In this document: in pieces, positions 23,498-38,315 of the stretch
Layout of the letters: every line of letters starts with the position of its first letter
Numbering within the stretch: the stretch's first letter is position 1
Source: Saccostrea cucullata
Lineage: Eukaryota
DNA length: 64,000 nt
Assembly (NCBI RefSeq): GCF_032062105.1
Contig: NW_026934507.1
Location: 434,001 to 498,000, forward strand
Direction: 5' to 3'
The notes under the pieces: generated by a model
Databases searched by the model: none
Seen by the model: only the letters and a program-made list of their open reading frames with translations
Told to the model about the DNA's origin: nothing
Position numbers and translations under genes: made by a program

Positions 23498-26400
23498 GGG
23501 TTTTCTTCTCATTTAAAATTATTTTAATAGATTTTGATTCAGAAGTATAAAAACAAGTCAGATAATAAAGGGAGTACAGTAAGTGCTAACTGATATTGAA
23601 ATAGTTTGTCAGAATATCTGGTCTCAGAAGACTAAATAAATGGTCAAGTAAGAAACTCCATTCCTTTCATATCAACTTCAAACTTTAATTGTGTTATTTT
23701 AAGCAATTTTGTTGATGACCAATTACAGCTAAAAGTTACGAAAATTTACAAGATCCATTTTTATTAAAAATTATTTTATGATATCAAAATGCCCAGATTT
23801 TTATTGAACATAAGGATTTATATGAGTTAAAAAGGATTTTAAAAAGATTTGTAGGAGTTGTTAGGTTTTGATGTTTCTGACTTTAGAAAATATGATTTTT
23901 AATTTAAAAAAAAGTTCTTCAGATTTTTCGAGAATTGCATTTGATTTACATTACTTCTAGAATATTTTGTAGCTCAGTAGGTGAAACATTTCTCTTTTAC
24001 AAAATATATATTTTTGCTGTAAATAAATTTTTAGCAAATTTGTGAGTTCATTGCATTCGCAAAAATATTTTTCTTAAAATTAAATCACCAATAAGTAAAT
24101 GTAAACAAAAACAAAATTTTTAAAAATTCATTTTTTTAAAATCGACGTAAAAATTTCCAGATTTACGGTATATATGTAAGAATCGCTTGGAAAAATCTTG
24201 TAAAAATGTTAAGACGTTTGGGAATTCAGTTTAGGAAAGATATATCCAACTCCTTTTGGTTAACAAGAATATTAAAAGTATTTAACACTGAAATATAAGA
24301 ATTGTGAAGTGTTAGTATAAAATAAAATGCCATACTCAGAATCATAACCATGTTTGTTTAAAAATGAAACTTTAAAACAAAAGAGAAGGGTGTGTTGAAA
24401 AGATGACGTCATCATTTCCAGCAAGTTTAACCGGATATCAAAATTCACAGGCAAGATTTCTGATTAAACATCGACGTATTTGTGATTTTTTTCTTTGACA
24501 TTTCTCTTGAACTTTGTATCTCATATATCCCTTGAAAGACAGATAAAATTAATAAGTTAAATAAAAAGTCAGCCACGGGTTTTGTAGGCTTATCTACGGT
24601 ATATGACTTCTTTTTTAATGATGTAATAAGAGATCGTGTGTCCTTAAAGAAATTCCGGCATTATTTACAAGATGTGATTAATTCCCTTATATGATTTTTA
24701 GCTTTCTTTGATCTTAATTTTCAGCAATTTAAGTTATGAGAAAAAAGGATTCCGTATACAGTGTAATATTGAAGCACCATTAAATCAAGCTTAAAGATAG
24801 GAAAAGGATTTTCAATATTTGGAGGTATTCTCTATGTATCATCCTTGAAGTCTGGTCGCATATTAGAAAGGGAAATAAACTAACTCACTCATTCTGCTTT
24901 CATTGAGACAAATTCTAGTGATTATGTTTGTTTAGTTTGAATGACATGATAAATTGAATAAAGTAATTCCTCATTACAAAAATGATTTATTTTTTTTTGT
25001 AACATGAAAAGTCAGCAGTAGATCATTTTTCAGTGATCATAACTTTTTTTTATAAGAATTCATGAGTAAGGTTTTTTGTCACTGTTATTATGAAGTTACC
25101 TAAGAATAGGAATTATAAGCTTGAGTATTTTCATTACATGTAGAACTCGTCTATAAAATGGATTATTCTGGTCATAGAAATATCTCTTTCATCAACAAAA
25201 CCACCAACGTTTGCCGACCCATTGCAAACTATTAAATGTTAAAAAGATCGTTTTTTAATTACTACAATTTCTTCTTGTGAAATCACTGCATGGGTTCACG
25301 TAAGATAAGACCCATGGTAAGGATGAATTACATACCTGGTTTTCTCTTCTCGTTTCATTGCCCTTGAAACTGTATTCGTCAAACACATATTTTCATACAT
25401 CATTAAAAATACGCCTAGGATATTGTAAAGACTCTTGTAAGAAGCCGACTTGATTTTTGTATCTACGAAAAGCTCTTATTATACTTATATAAATATTCAT
25501 TGGCCTCCTGGAAGATAAATATTGCCTTGGAAAATTAGAGCAGTTGCCCTATTTCTGTCTGTACTCACAGCGGACATATCCAGAAATCCGTCACTCAAAG
25601 TGACTTGTCTTTGTATTGGTATACTATTATTATCATGATATATTCAGCAAAACAATGGTTTCGCACTTTTTGGCAATAAAAACAGCCATTTGGTTAATCT
25701 GATAAATTAGCTTTCCACAACGTATCGTTATGTTCTTTGTTTCTGTCTTAAATGTTCACATAAATAAATAATACAATTATTCTACCAACAATATGCTAAA
25801 AATAATAGTTACTGTTTATCTTCAGCATCCAGAAAGTGTCAATATATTTTAGTAATACGAATTAATTCACATATTCACTGTAAACCTCTTTCCTGGCAAT
25901 ACTCTTGCAGGATTTTAAATAAATGTATACATTTCATCTCATCTCATTCATTCTGATCTTAAATTAATTATCCAAATAAGATTAATTTAGCAATAAATCG
26001 AATGCTCTTCTTCCAAATTTGGGTATTTTGGTTAAAAAAGGAAAAGTTTCTGACAGTAATTCACGATGTAATTTCTCATGTTTCTATTGAATATTATTAA
26101 GAAGATAAATAAATTATAAGAATTATGAAAACAATCTGGTTAAGGTGTATTTTCTTTTATTGAAAGATATCATTCTTACATGATAAAATGTAATGCGGTA
26201 GGCAAGAATGAATTTTAATTACCTCCACACTCAGCTTGGGGTAAAGAGAAGAAAAGAATATCGTCTTATTGACTTTGACAGAATAGACTAATTGACCGAC
26301 AACTACTTCTTTGAAGAGTTAAAAGTTTAAACTGGGTTTTTGGCATGTTTGTTCAAATTTCCTTACTTTCTATGACCTTCTGGATAGCAAAGTAATTCCA

Positions 26401-26669
26401 AATGTTTCCAGCTTGAGAAATGATTTACCTAACATCCTAAAATGACATATTGTGCATTTTCTTTGGAATGTATATATAAGATATTATGATTTTTTATGCA
26501 CAGTTTTCTTTTTTTTAAACCTATGAAAGATCAAGGTAAAATATACGGTCTGATTTATTGATAAATTAATGCTTTTCGCCGAATTGGCAATATTTCAGTC
26601 TTATATCGATTAAATATACAAGGTTATGGAAAAAAACGTATTTAAGATCCAAACAATTCTGTGTGTAAA

Positions 26670-27260
26670 TAATGACCCAACAATAAATATGGAAAACGTC
26701 AATCAGCAGTTGACATCAGTGAAATATTTTGTTTGCTGTCCAGGTCATTGTATCGACCAAAGAACTTGCAAAATTATGACTTTAAACAAGACTTTGGGAA
26801 TTCTTGTTTCATCAACTTGCTTGTCTATAACTCATCTTAGAAATTGTTAATACATAGAGCATGCTCTTGCACATAGACCTAACTGAGACATTTGGCGTGA
26901 TAAGGGCATATAGCTGGATGTGTAACGGAAGTTGACGATTGAATAGCTTAAGTCATTAAGTTTCTTTCAAATTGCTATGCTGTTGTGTTACCATGAACGA
27001 CTTTTTCAAGCAAAATGTTCATATGTGAATCAGAAGTGTCAGACGCAGTGGTATCTTTAATCTGATGTTCACTGGAATAAATCATGTCCATTAATGAATG
27101 GAAATAACTATTGTTAATAGTTAATACGTCTTCCACATATCTAAATTCCATGTATCAAGATTTTTAATAAATGTCAAAAATAGGTCTGAGGGCCACAGTA
27201 ACTGATTTTTATATTCCCAAAACCACATACATGTAGATATATATTGTCAATCAGAGACTC
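26670..27260 (-). mobile_element. Penelope-like RT fragment
   Basis: Reverse complement shows FRYVEDVLTINN, IYSSEHQIKDTTASDTSDSHMNILLEK and FNRQLP-type remnants. Confidence 0.8.
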
Positions 27261-27381
27261 ATGCAAAATATCAACTTCAAAGTACGTGGGTATACAATCA
27301 AAATATTTTTAACAATATAAAATTTCAAATGACCAATAATCGAAACCTTACAATCATTTGTTTTTATTAAGATTAGTTAAG

Positions 27382-27660
27382 AGGAGATGAATTAGACTCA
27401 TGAAAATTGAAGCGTTGGGATCAAGTGGAAGTAAATATACCCTGCTGACCTGACACACTTATCTAGAGCCTAACAAAGTATGTATTGATCAGGTTGATGA
27501 AAGATTCCTTTGTTAAACTCAGTATAAAGTCATTAATTTACACTGATGGGATGTTATTCTGTTTAATGGCCATAAAATTTTCAAAATGCTGTCTTAAAAA
27601 GAGGTTGATGAAATCGCTGTTACATCAACTTATCAATTAATCAGTTACCTGCCTCGTTTT
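27382..27660 (-). mobile_element. Highly decayed Penelope-like 3' fragment
   Basis: TGGGATCAAGTGGAAGTAAATATACCCTGCTGACCTGACACAC weakly matches the family 3' element. Confidence 0.5.
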
Positions 27661-30600
27661 ATTTTCATACACTATCGTAATTAAACTGTTAAATTAGCAA
27701 AAAAAAAAAAAAAAAAAAATCTGTGACAGTATCATTGTGTTGATTTATGACACAATATGAAATATAACCGTTTTACTTCTTTATATTTTCAAATTATTTT
27801 GATTATCATTAATTTACACTCTGTTAGATTTTCAAATTAAAAAAAAATCATATATACAACTTTTCATACTATAAACGCAACATTGAATGCTGTATTTTAA
27901 GAAACAAAAGACATCAGGACAACCCGTTATTAATATCTTAATATCTCTACTGAAGTTTTCCGCCACAAGCACTGAGCCTTTTCTGATAGGATTAACATAG
28001 TTTATTACTTTGCCGAAATACAACAATCAGTTAACTTGTGAAAGGTTAATGATAACTGGCCTATTTCAATACAAGTAAAGTGGAACAATAATAAGTTAAT
28101 CTGTTTTGAATCATAGATCAAACGAAAAGTCTCCATTCTTTATTTAATTTTCGTTAATGGGACATAATGTGCTTCATACAAGGTTTATTATTTGTTATAA
28201 TAGAAGTATTGCCTCGATCTTAAACTTCAAAGCTTTTCAATTTGACTTGTTTACGATTTCATCACAGAAAAACACTATCACAAAATGTATTTATTTGTTA
28301 ATATATCGATTAAATAAGGTTTTATCAGAGCTGTTAGGAATAGAGTTCTCAACGATGAAAAGATGTGGGAAAAGTTAAAACTGGTGGAATTTTATTTTAA
28401 ATATTTCCTTTTTATTGCAAGGTTTTAGAATGAGGTAACTAAATGAATCAAAAAACCGAAGGAGAGTTGAGAAAATCATAGACGAACAATGTTCACGAAT
28501 ATAGATTTATCATTCTTGCTAATTATTTCACATATACGAATCCGAATATATTGATAGGTGTATTTATAATTGAAATTTTTGTTTTATTCTTTGATAAAAT
28601 GAACACTGTCCATAAATAAAACTTCTTCGAGGGATCACACGGGGTATGTTTCTTCAAAGTGCACCCTTCAATAACAGAACAAAGTACTGAAGACTGTTTG
28701 AAGAATCGGAACACACCCTTTAATGTTGGAGGTGTAGATTAAATTTCAAACACTCTGTTTCTGTTTCATGTCCTCTGTTTGAATGATCAATCTTTCGTTA
28801 ACCTTTCTTGGACCCTTTGACAATGAAAAAGGCCAATTACTGAGTTTTTCAAGGAGTCTTTTTTATCTTGTCTTGTCGAGCCACTATCTGTGTCATATGT
28901 TTTGCAACCATGTAGATATGTAAAATATATGTACATGGCAGTAACTACTCTTTATAACAATAGTTCTGAGTCAATGGATATTGGTATATGTACAAAAAAG
29001 TTTCCTCTCTGCTTACGACCTCTAAATAGCCACAAGTTTCAAATAGAAATCCAAATTTGTAACCTCTAACTTCTAATAGGTGTCGGCCAAAATACGAAAA
29101 CAGATATTGGCATTCTTGGTGTTCCTGAAAAGATTTCAAACTTTTATATTATTTTATAATAAGTAGATTTTAAAATCAAAATTTCTCGGTTTACAAAATT
29201 TTATCAAGAGTATTCATTATATTAGCAAATAACATGTCTAAACAAACAATTCAGTTTTTGAAAAACAAGAAAAGTCGAAGTCGAAATTAAAAAAACAAAA
29301 ATGGCCCCGTTGACTTAAAATTGATCTACAAAACTTTTAAGCAATAGATATTTCACGTTGCATTTAAAGTTGGAGGTAAGATCCTTATCTCCATATTTTA
29401 TATGATTGTAATTGACGATATCAGAATACCGAATGTCTAACATTCCACTTTTATGAAATAAGATAAAAGCATCCTAAAAAGGGAGATGAAGGCTTTTTTA
29501 AAGAGCTACAATATGAAAAATACCACAGCAGAGATAATCGGTTACAACAGTGTAGAAAAAATTAAAAGACAAATTGACAGAAAAGTTTAATCTTGCGACA
29601 TCTATATTACGAATGAGTTATGTCCGACATGAATACACAGCATCACAAATGCTTCTCAAGGTCAAACGTGTTGAACAAAGCTAAAGTATTAAGGTTTTTC
29701 ACATCATCATATTTCAGTCGTCCGTAAATTAAAGAGAAGAATTTCGTATTACATATGATCAAATCGATGTGTACCCCGATGTGCCAGACATGTATTGTTG
29801 TCTAAATCACAGAGTGCAATTATATTCCGGATAATCGCTTTCCACACGGATTATGGAGTCTGTTATTTAGAACACTTGGGAGCAAGTTGATGATCATCAT
29901 TAGCAGCAATCTTTTCAGATCAAAGGTATCCATTTTCTGTCCGTGTTACAATATTTATGCTACCATGTGGGAAAAGAAATAAACTTTACACGAATAATGG
30001 AAACATATTTTGGGTATAGCTTTCGTAGAGTTTATAAACTTATACTATGCTTATGACCAAACATTTATATGCATGTATCATCAGGTTATTTCTAACATAT
30101 GTAATTAAAAGGAAAATTTGACCTTGAATGGTCAGCACAGAAGGTACAAATTACGCCGTACTTGCTTTTTCATCCGTCCAGTGAAAGTTGAAAAAACGGT
30201 TCCGCATTTCATTCTGCGAGTTCTAGAAAGTGGAATTCACAGTAATCTGAAACTTAACAAGCAAATTCTTATTTAAAAAGAAGAAAGGATTGAAGTACAT
30301 TTTACAAACGTTTTGATAAAATTGTTTGTACTTTAATTAATCATGAAACGAAAATATCACAAATCTATTGAATTCATTGAAATATTAGTCACAAAACTCT
30401 CATACAATTTTAGGATTAATAAGATGGAACTTCTTGATCGAAAAAAAGAAAAAAATATATATTAATGGACCTTTTGTTGTTTTTTAACAACTTCTCGCGT
30501 GATGTAGAGGGAAAAATCTTACAAAGAAACAAAACTTTTATTTACTTAGTCTACCTAGCATGATCCCTGATGACCACTACATCGCATACATCAAAGAGAA

Positions 30601-32029
30601 GAATGCGTGTAGTTCCTCGTGTTAAATCAGGTAATTCTGATCATATCTTTACCCTCCGATTGCCATCAGTCTTATGTGGGCTAGTGAAAAAATCTGCACT
30701 TAATAAGTTTGTAGAAAGTAGAAAAATGCTTAACCTCTCTGTACTTATATTTTTGTTTAAAAAATAAGACATAATTCATAAGCCCATTGAAAATGTTCTT
30801 TTTTAAGATTTTCATTTAAGGGAGATTAATCATCTGTAAGTTTTTTATGAAGAATTTTGTATTTGAGGGACTTCAAAAGAAGGCAATTGCAGTTTTTTTT
30901 AAGAGAAAAAAAATTGAAAATTGCAAGTGCAGAAAAGCATTATAAATGTACTGTGATGATTATAAAGTGTTCATTTTATAGTTTCAGAAAGAGCTACCTC
31001 AATTTTATACATGCTTGTTTAGAGAGGAAAAACACAACTTGTGTTCAAATAAATCACTGCATAACACGGAGTAATTTATCATGGAATTCAATAAAAGTCA
31101 CTCATCTGATTTCTGAGGAATTTATGTGCTGAAATAATGTAGCTACATTATAATGATAAAATGTTTTATTTATCGTGTTTTAATGAATTTTTTGTGTCAT
31201 AATGTAGTTTTTATAAGATATACGCATTATATTGATTTGCACAATAAAGATCAAAGTAACTGAAACAGGTAATGTGTGTGTAACAGACAAATCAAAGTTA
31301 ATGTAATAAAATGACGCAGAAAAGAATCTAAATTTGGTCAGCAAGTACTCTGATTAAGTCAATTTGACAGAAAAACGGAGAGAAACTTACCTTTAACCCT
31401 TTTCATTTTGGAAGAACACTTTAAATTCTATATAGACAAGAACAAAGTCCAATGATTTTGCTACGTTTTAAAAGATTTATTATTTTAAACACATCTTAAG
31501 AAATTTGATGTTTTTTTTTAATTTTTCAACCTTTAATATAATATAATTATATTTCTGTGAAACACAGTGAAAACTAAACAAAATCTTCCATATTAATGAT
31601 TTGCATGCATTAATATCAAATTTTAATTAATTGCTACAAAAAGAAAAAAATTAAATATAGATCTAGACTCACCTTTGCAAAACGTGTCTTTTTGGAAAAC
31701 ATGTAGTTACTCAGTATTAGCTTGTCTGTTTGAGCATGCAATAATGCATAGAGCAAGATCTATTGCATTTTAAAAATTATTTTTTAAGTTGTTCTTTTGC
31801 ATTACGTACACAGCAGACAAATTTTAAATCAGAAGAGAAAGCAAAATTTTAATGTATTAAAGTTCTCAGATTTGTTTTCATTTTTCAAACAAACTTGATA
31901 TCAATATTTTTTGTATCTTTAACAACGAACCTTAGAGCATCCCTGTTTATTTTGATATTTACAAAATCTACTTGCATGATATGAAGTTAAGCATTAAATT
32001 TACCTAATGATGATGCTGATTGAAAAAAG

Positions 32030-32720
32030 TTGAAGATAACTTACATTGAAGGATCTAAAAAAACTATATAAACAATTAATACAATTAATAATTCTTTATG
32101 GAAAAGGCATAAAACACGGACCTCTGGAATTCTAGAGTTGGTATAAGGTGCCTAGAAGGATTAAGAATCCCATATTTATCAATCACACTTGCCGTAAACC
32201 CTATGCCTTGATCATCCAGACAGAACATTCTGTAGTCGAATTCAATCAAAAGAAGTCTGCAAAAGTACATCTAAATGATTGGTTATATTTGCAAACATGG
32301 TCATTTTAAATAGAATTATTGAAATTACCGAAATGCTGACTACTTCGGTTTAAAAATTGATCTTACAGGGAGCAAGCTCTTGAGTATTGAATTAGTTGTG
32401 AGATTTAGAAAACATTTAAGTGAGATATTACAGTAACTACATCAAAAAAGAGAAATGACGATGGAAACATTGAATTCATCTTGATTGTCATAAAATCTGA
32501 TTATTAGTTCGATTTTAATGTCTTTAGTAAGTAAAACATCCAGAGATGAAACAGATTTGGCAGAATGTGTTTTTTTTAATCCCAAGCATTCGTTTTGGTA
32601 TATATTGAATAAATATATGAATTAAAGAAACCATAATGATTGTTAATTGACAATACATTGTTAATACATCTTTTGTAATGTTAAATTGAAGTATACAACA
32701 AGCTTTCCGTTCTCATGTAG
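32030..32720 (-). mobile_element. Old Penelope-like fragment with 3' end
   Basis: AAAACACGGACCTCTGGAATTCTAGAGTTGGTATAAGGTGCCTAGAAGG... plus RT remnants. Confidence 0.7.
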
Positions 32721-35700
32721 AAACACTTATAGTGAAATATTCTTTTTATGTTATTCTTTTTTTTTTAATTTAAAGGGTTGTTTTCGTGCGAATGAGGTGT
32801 ACCAGTGTTTTGAACGCAAAATAAAAAATTGTATCACAAATAATCAACAATAAATCCTAAGGATATATTATTACTAACCCAGCCTTACTTTTATCATCAT
32901 TTATAAAAAAAACATATTTGTTTGCTTCATATAAATTGTAAACAAAAGAAATCAAATTTCACAAAGAGCACGACTATGATGTACTTACTATGTCTGCATC
33001 AAAGCCATTTTCCTTGAAGCATTTGATATGATAAATCAGACAAAATATCTCGAGTTTCATCTTTCCCTGATGCCGCCCTCACACAATCATTATTACCGAT
33101 TATTTGTCTGTTAGGGGTCTTTGAGGACTTAACAGCATCTCTGATAAACTTTGACTTAGCTACAAATGAAAAAGAATGTGCTATAAAATAGATATCAATG
33201 GGTGTTTGAAAATGTTAACGTTTCATTTTTAGGCCCAAGTGACTGTATCTACTTTACAGAGCCGTTTATGAATGGAAAATCTTGGAAATCTGTGAATCAT
33301 GACGTAAGTCAAATAAACCTGAGTCCTCCCTAATTAGATAGAAAATATGACATTTCCTTGTATGACTGATTCTTACTCAGATTTCCATAAATGGTCAGAG
33401 AATATTCATTGCTATTCTTCACAATTATGCATTTACACAAAGTACTAGAATTTTTTTATAATACATTTATTTATGAAAATAAAATAATAAATTCTGTGTA
33501 ATTAATATTTATCTGAACATGTTTTTCAATTATTATAACAGATATGTACTGATCTTGCTTGCTACAACTCGTACATTCATGGAAGATTCATATTATTTAT
33601 ACATATTTATATGCCTTTTTTGCAAGGCAAGTGAATGTTATATTTGAGGAGAGGAATTTCTAATTTGAGAGAAATTGTTTTCAATGATATTAAATTCTAT
33701 CAAAAAAAATATGTTCAAGACAAAACATTTAAAAATGTTTTATATTTGTGACATATATGGAAACCATATTTATGATGACTCAAATATTTCTTCTCTGCAT
33801 TTTCCTTTTAGTTACGGAGAACATTGGCATATTACATATAGAAGAAGTAATTGTGGCAGACATTAGAATAACTGATATAATAGTGTACATGTATACTAAT
33901 ATATGCATGTTTTAGAGCAATCAGGATCAATAATTATGCTGAATAAAATCAAAATTTTTTTTTTGCTAGTGTTCATTTTTTATTCACCATCTTATCTTAG
34001 TACTTTATTTTGCATAAGATTTTATTTAAAAACCATAAGTAACCTATTATCCAATGCCATAACATTATATTTGACAGAACATGCACAAACTGTAACATTT
34101 AACAAATATCACTTCTTAATCTGGAATAAAACATAACAATATATACTAATACACATACAGATGTAAATCTATACTAACAGTGCTTGCAATGACTGAAAAC
34201 TTAAAATTTGGCGACTCACCTCCATATTATCTTGAATTAGAGAAAACAAGCATCTTTACCTAATTGTAATAGCATCTGCAGATGGCTTCACGTTTCATGG
34301 GCACCCAATCGACACACTCAGTAGTACTTGTTGTCTCTTTGTTTTTTTTTTTATGAAAACTTTGCTGAATTCTTTAATTGGCATTTTTTATTGCAAAAAT
34401 CCTTTGTTGTTGAAGACAGCTAAGCAGAGAGGATTTTAGGTGCATAACATAGATTCGTGAGGATATCACGACCTTTTACATTCTTGTGACATCTTTAGAT
34501 GTGGTAGGAGTTTAGTGCAAGATTTTGGGAAGAAAAAGAGAAACCGGAAATTAACCAGCTCGTCATAATATCAAGTTTTATGGCTAAAAATCTCTTGAAA
34601 TTTTTAAAGAATTTGTTTCAAGTGACAAAAAGAAGGGTGTTATGCAAGATTGAAATGATAAATTGTTTCACATTTTCCGTCTGTATCAAGGTTTTTGATA
34701 ACCCAAAGGAAATGGTTAAAACAAATATGACTTTTTAGAAATTTATTTGGTAAGGAATGTCATTAATTTTATTATAGAGAAGGCTGACTTTTCACCGCAC
34801 TTTGACAAAGCTTAAAAGACACGAAAGCATCTTTGAAATTTAATGCCTGGTAAATGCATCATTAATAACATAAGCAACTAAAAATTACTTTTCTTTCTTT
34901 TTTCAAATAAATCACCTACCGGCATACCAGAGTCATTTGATATTCAAAGTATATAGCAACGTCGTGATGCATTTTTTTTTTGTCCACTGTCAACAACATT
35001 TCGTTTTTGTTTTTACTTTCAAATTTTGAATAACTCCAAGTTTGAAAAGGAGCAAATTTTTCAATTTCTAGTTTACAGTATTAAAAAAAAATTCTAAGCG
35101 ATCAAGTTGTCAAGGAAATACATAAATGTATTAAACTTTTTATTGATTTTTCTTTTAATATTTACAAAGATTTGCAATATGCCTCTAGCGTCAAATGTTT
35201 TAAACTCAAAATTTAATTTGTGAACTAAACATTTAGATCAAAATTTTAATTATTGAAAAAATTGGCAGAAATTCTCTCTACAAAATTATTCATTGGTAAA
35301 AACATAACCGTATTCTTGGGATCTGAACCCAAGTTTTATATATACAAAGTATTAGTTACACTAAATACAGCATTTCATTATTTATAATTGAGCTACTGGA
35401 ATTAAATATTTTTCGGAAAGATAGGAATTTTATTGTTTTATGGACTTTGATATTGAATACTGTTCGTTTATCTCCATTTCCTTCATTATCATAAAATAAT
35501 GTTTTAGATAGAGAGAATACTTTCTATTTGTTTTGGTGTAGCAAAAATTTATCAACATATTCTTCACATATTCATAAGATAAACTTTCAAAAATATGTAA
35601 AACGGACAACAACCAATAAAGAAAAATTGTATTAAGATATGAATAAATTAATTCAATTTCATTCTCTTTTATATCTTAATACTTTTTGATATATAAACAG

Positions 35701-37099
35701 CTTTAATCTTTGCAGATTGTTGGATATTTCGGAGATTTTATATAAAATAGAAACATTAATGTCTACTGAAAGACCAAGGAAAGTTTTTTTTTGTTAAAAT
35801 TGAGATTCAACATTTTATTTTCTTGCCCCAAAGGCAATTTTCTCCTTTGTTCAACCATCTTCTGCTTTTCCTCTCTATTTTTCAGTTATCTGTTATTTTG
35901 TTAAGTAGATGGATCCCATACTACTCATTTTGGCTTTTCAATCCGTTCATAATTTTTGTAGGCTTTCTTTTTGTTTGTAAATATCTTACTGCATTAATTT
36001 TTATATTGTTGATATAAACTGTATGTTGTTCTCTTTTACCGTTTTAAGGGAAAGTCGCTCTAAGTGTAATATATTAATATAGTGCTAATCTGATTTCTAT
36101 AATTCCTGTTTATATTTTTGTTTACCTCTAACAATTACGACTAGTAATCGAATTGAAATATCAAATATTATGATTCCCTTAGAAGTCATGCGGCCTCTTC
36201 CTTGATCTAACATAAAACATCAATATATGGATTAAAATTCACTCGCTGACCCAGCGTCGTCTCTGATTCTTTATTCGAGATAAAACTTTAATCTAATATT
36301 TCTCAAAACTTTTCGTCGCCAATACCTTACAACAGGGATAACCTCGTCCTTTCACTAGTTCATTTTGTGTATTTTGTGAATTGACGGGCGATTTTGTCGT
36401 CGAAGGACCTTTAAATTAGATTTCACAGAGTAAGGTTGTATATAAATTTTTACCTGTTTAGATTAAACACGTTAAGTACTGATCAAATCGATTGAAGTTA
36501 CAATACCTCTATAATTATTTCATTGACAAATACAGTGAGCTATTAGTGTTTTCGCTGAAGCTTCTGTGCGAAGAGCAAGGAAGCGAGAAAAGTCATTAGC
36601 CGACGAGAGAGGTAAATTGAGAATTCCACTTTGTAAATGGAGAGACATGGGCCTCGCTCTGGAGTTTATTAAAGAAATTCACAATCAAAATACACTTGGT
36701 ATACCCCTTTGCTATTAAATATAAATAATGCTACTATAATGGTATTCACACCTTAATGAAACTTTATATCTACAAAACAATAAATCCATTCAGAAATTTG
36801 TTCTTTTCTTCATAAAATAAAGTCAGTGCGAGTTGTGCTTGTAGACACGTCGATCGTTTCACTAAAATAATTCTAACTTTGCGAGAATTCTTTCTGCTCG
36901 TGAATGCCATGTGTAATGTTCGTTTTCATTCATAATCGTTAATAGCCCCGATAATTACGGCACGGTTTAACAATGTTAAGTTCTGTTACAATCAAGCATT
37001 AAAGGTTAAAAAATGGCCTCGCTTTTCTGGGGTTATAAAAAGCGTTTCTCCAATACTCTCCATGTACAGGAGATACAAAAAATCACCTTGTCCATCTCT

Positions 37100-37430
37100 G
37101 ATCACGGTCTCTTTGATGCTTGCCGAAAGGTACAGAAAACACATGTGCAACAAGTTTTCTATCGCGGTTAATCGTGGTTTTCTGATTTATAACATGAGAA
37201 AAGTGGGACTGGACAGATTTCAGAACGAATCAGAGAACGACCTCATGAATATTCATAAAAGTGACAGGTAGAATCAAAGGGAGGGGAGGTGCCTTAGTAA
37301 TACTTGTTTTTCATTGTAGTAATTTTATTATAAACGTTTCTTTATAAGATAAAAGATGAAAGGAGACAAATGATCTGGCGAATAAAAACTATTTGTATAA
37401 AAACCTTGCGCTCGGGGTTTTACATAGTAT
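37100..37430 (+). promoter_or_regulatory. Candidate Notum core promoter: TATA box, Inr-like start and proximal TCF sites
   Basis: TATAAAA at 37396-37402 with TAGT (A at 37426) 30 nt downstream; CTTTGAT at 37111, AATCAAAGG at 37272, AGATGAAAGG near 37354. Confidence 0.55.
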
Positions 37431-38064
37431 GAAAGTGACCGGGCAAAGGACTAGAGTAGAAAAATAAAATAGGAGCAAATCAACGTTTATCTTTACTTTG
37501 AAGTGAGACAGAAAGATTTGTCTCAACATCTTTGATTACTGAAGTACAACTAAACAGTATTTTGTGTTAAACTTTGACTATTCGACATTTCTTTGGATTT
37601 TTCTCAGCGTTTTTGGAGGTGTCCATTATTTATCACATCTTAAATGGAGACTGTTTTTGGATTTTGTATTCTTTAGAATCTTCACGTAACAGAAATTCTA
37701 AAGAGAGGGATTTATATTAGAGTGAAGATTTAACATTGGATTATATGTGCAGGTATTTTACAGAAATGCCACCTGATTTTAACTTGCACGGCCTTATCAC
37801 GAAAGAAACTTTGACACTATTGTTTTCAGCAACTTACAATAAAACGACACATTGCTCGCTAAATCTGTGAAGTTAATAAGCATGGAAATATTCAATTTTA
37901 CTTGATAAACGCTTTTTTTGTACAATGACAACTTACTCAAATGGGTTGTTTTCTCGTCATTTTTGACATGGCGTTTTTCATGGAAAATTTATATAGTGAA
38001 CTAACAGTCTTCAAAGCATTACCATAAAATCTTAATTTTTTTTAATGAAGTGAAAAAAATTAGA

Positions 38065-38315
38065 ATGATGAAGATATATTTTTTATTAACGATCTGGGTT
38101 TGTGCAATTTGTGATGCGTCAAGCATGGCCAGGCGGTTAGATATGCCCCTGGATGTCAAGAAACTGGAGAGCTTAGGAAATACAGATACTCTTATGAAAT
38201 CTTTGAAAAACATTGCTCAAAAGTCGCACAACTGCGGCGTGAAAGAAATACCAAAGTTACGCCGACACTACCTCAGGAATACAACTGTGACTTGCAATGA
38301 TGGGTCTCGTGCAGG
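38065..38315 (+). CDS. NOTUM: Notum coding exon 1 (signal peptide to TCNDGSRAG)
   Basis: ATGATG at 38065; MMKIYFLLTIWVCAICDA leader; donor GG|GTAAGT, phase 2. Confidence 0.93.

Noticed and set aside
6200-37000. Hidden protein-coding gene in the upstream desert
   Set aside because: No coherent exon chain or recognisable domain was found by eye; small exons or lncRNAs cannot be excluded.
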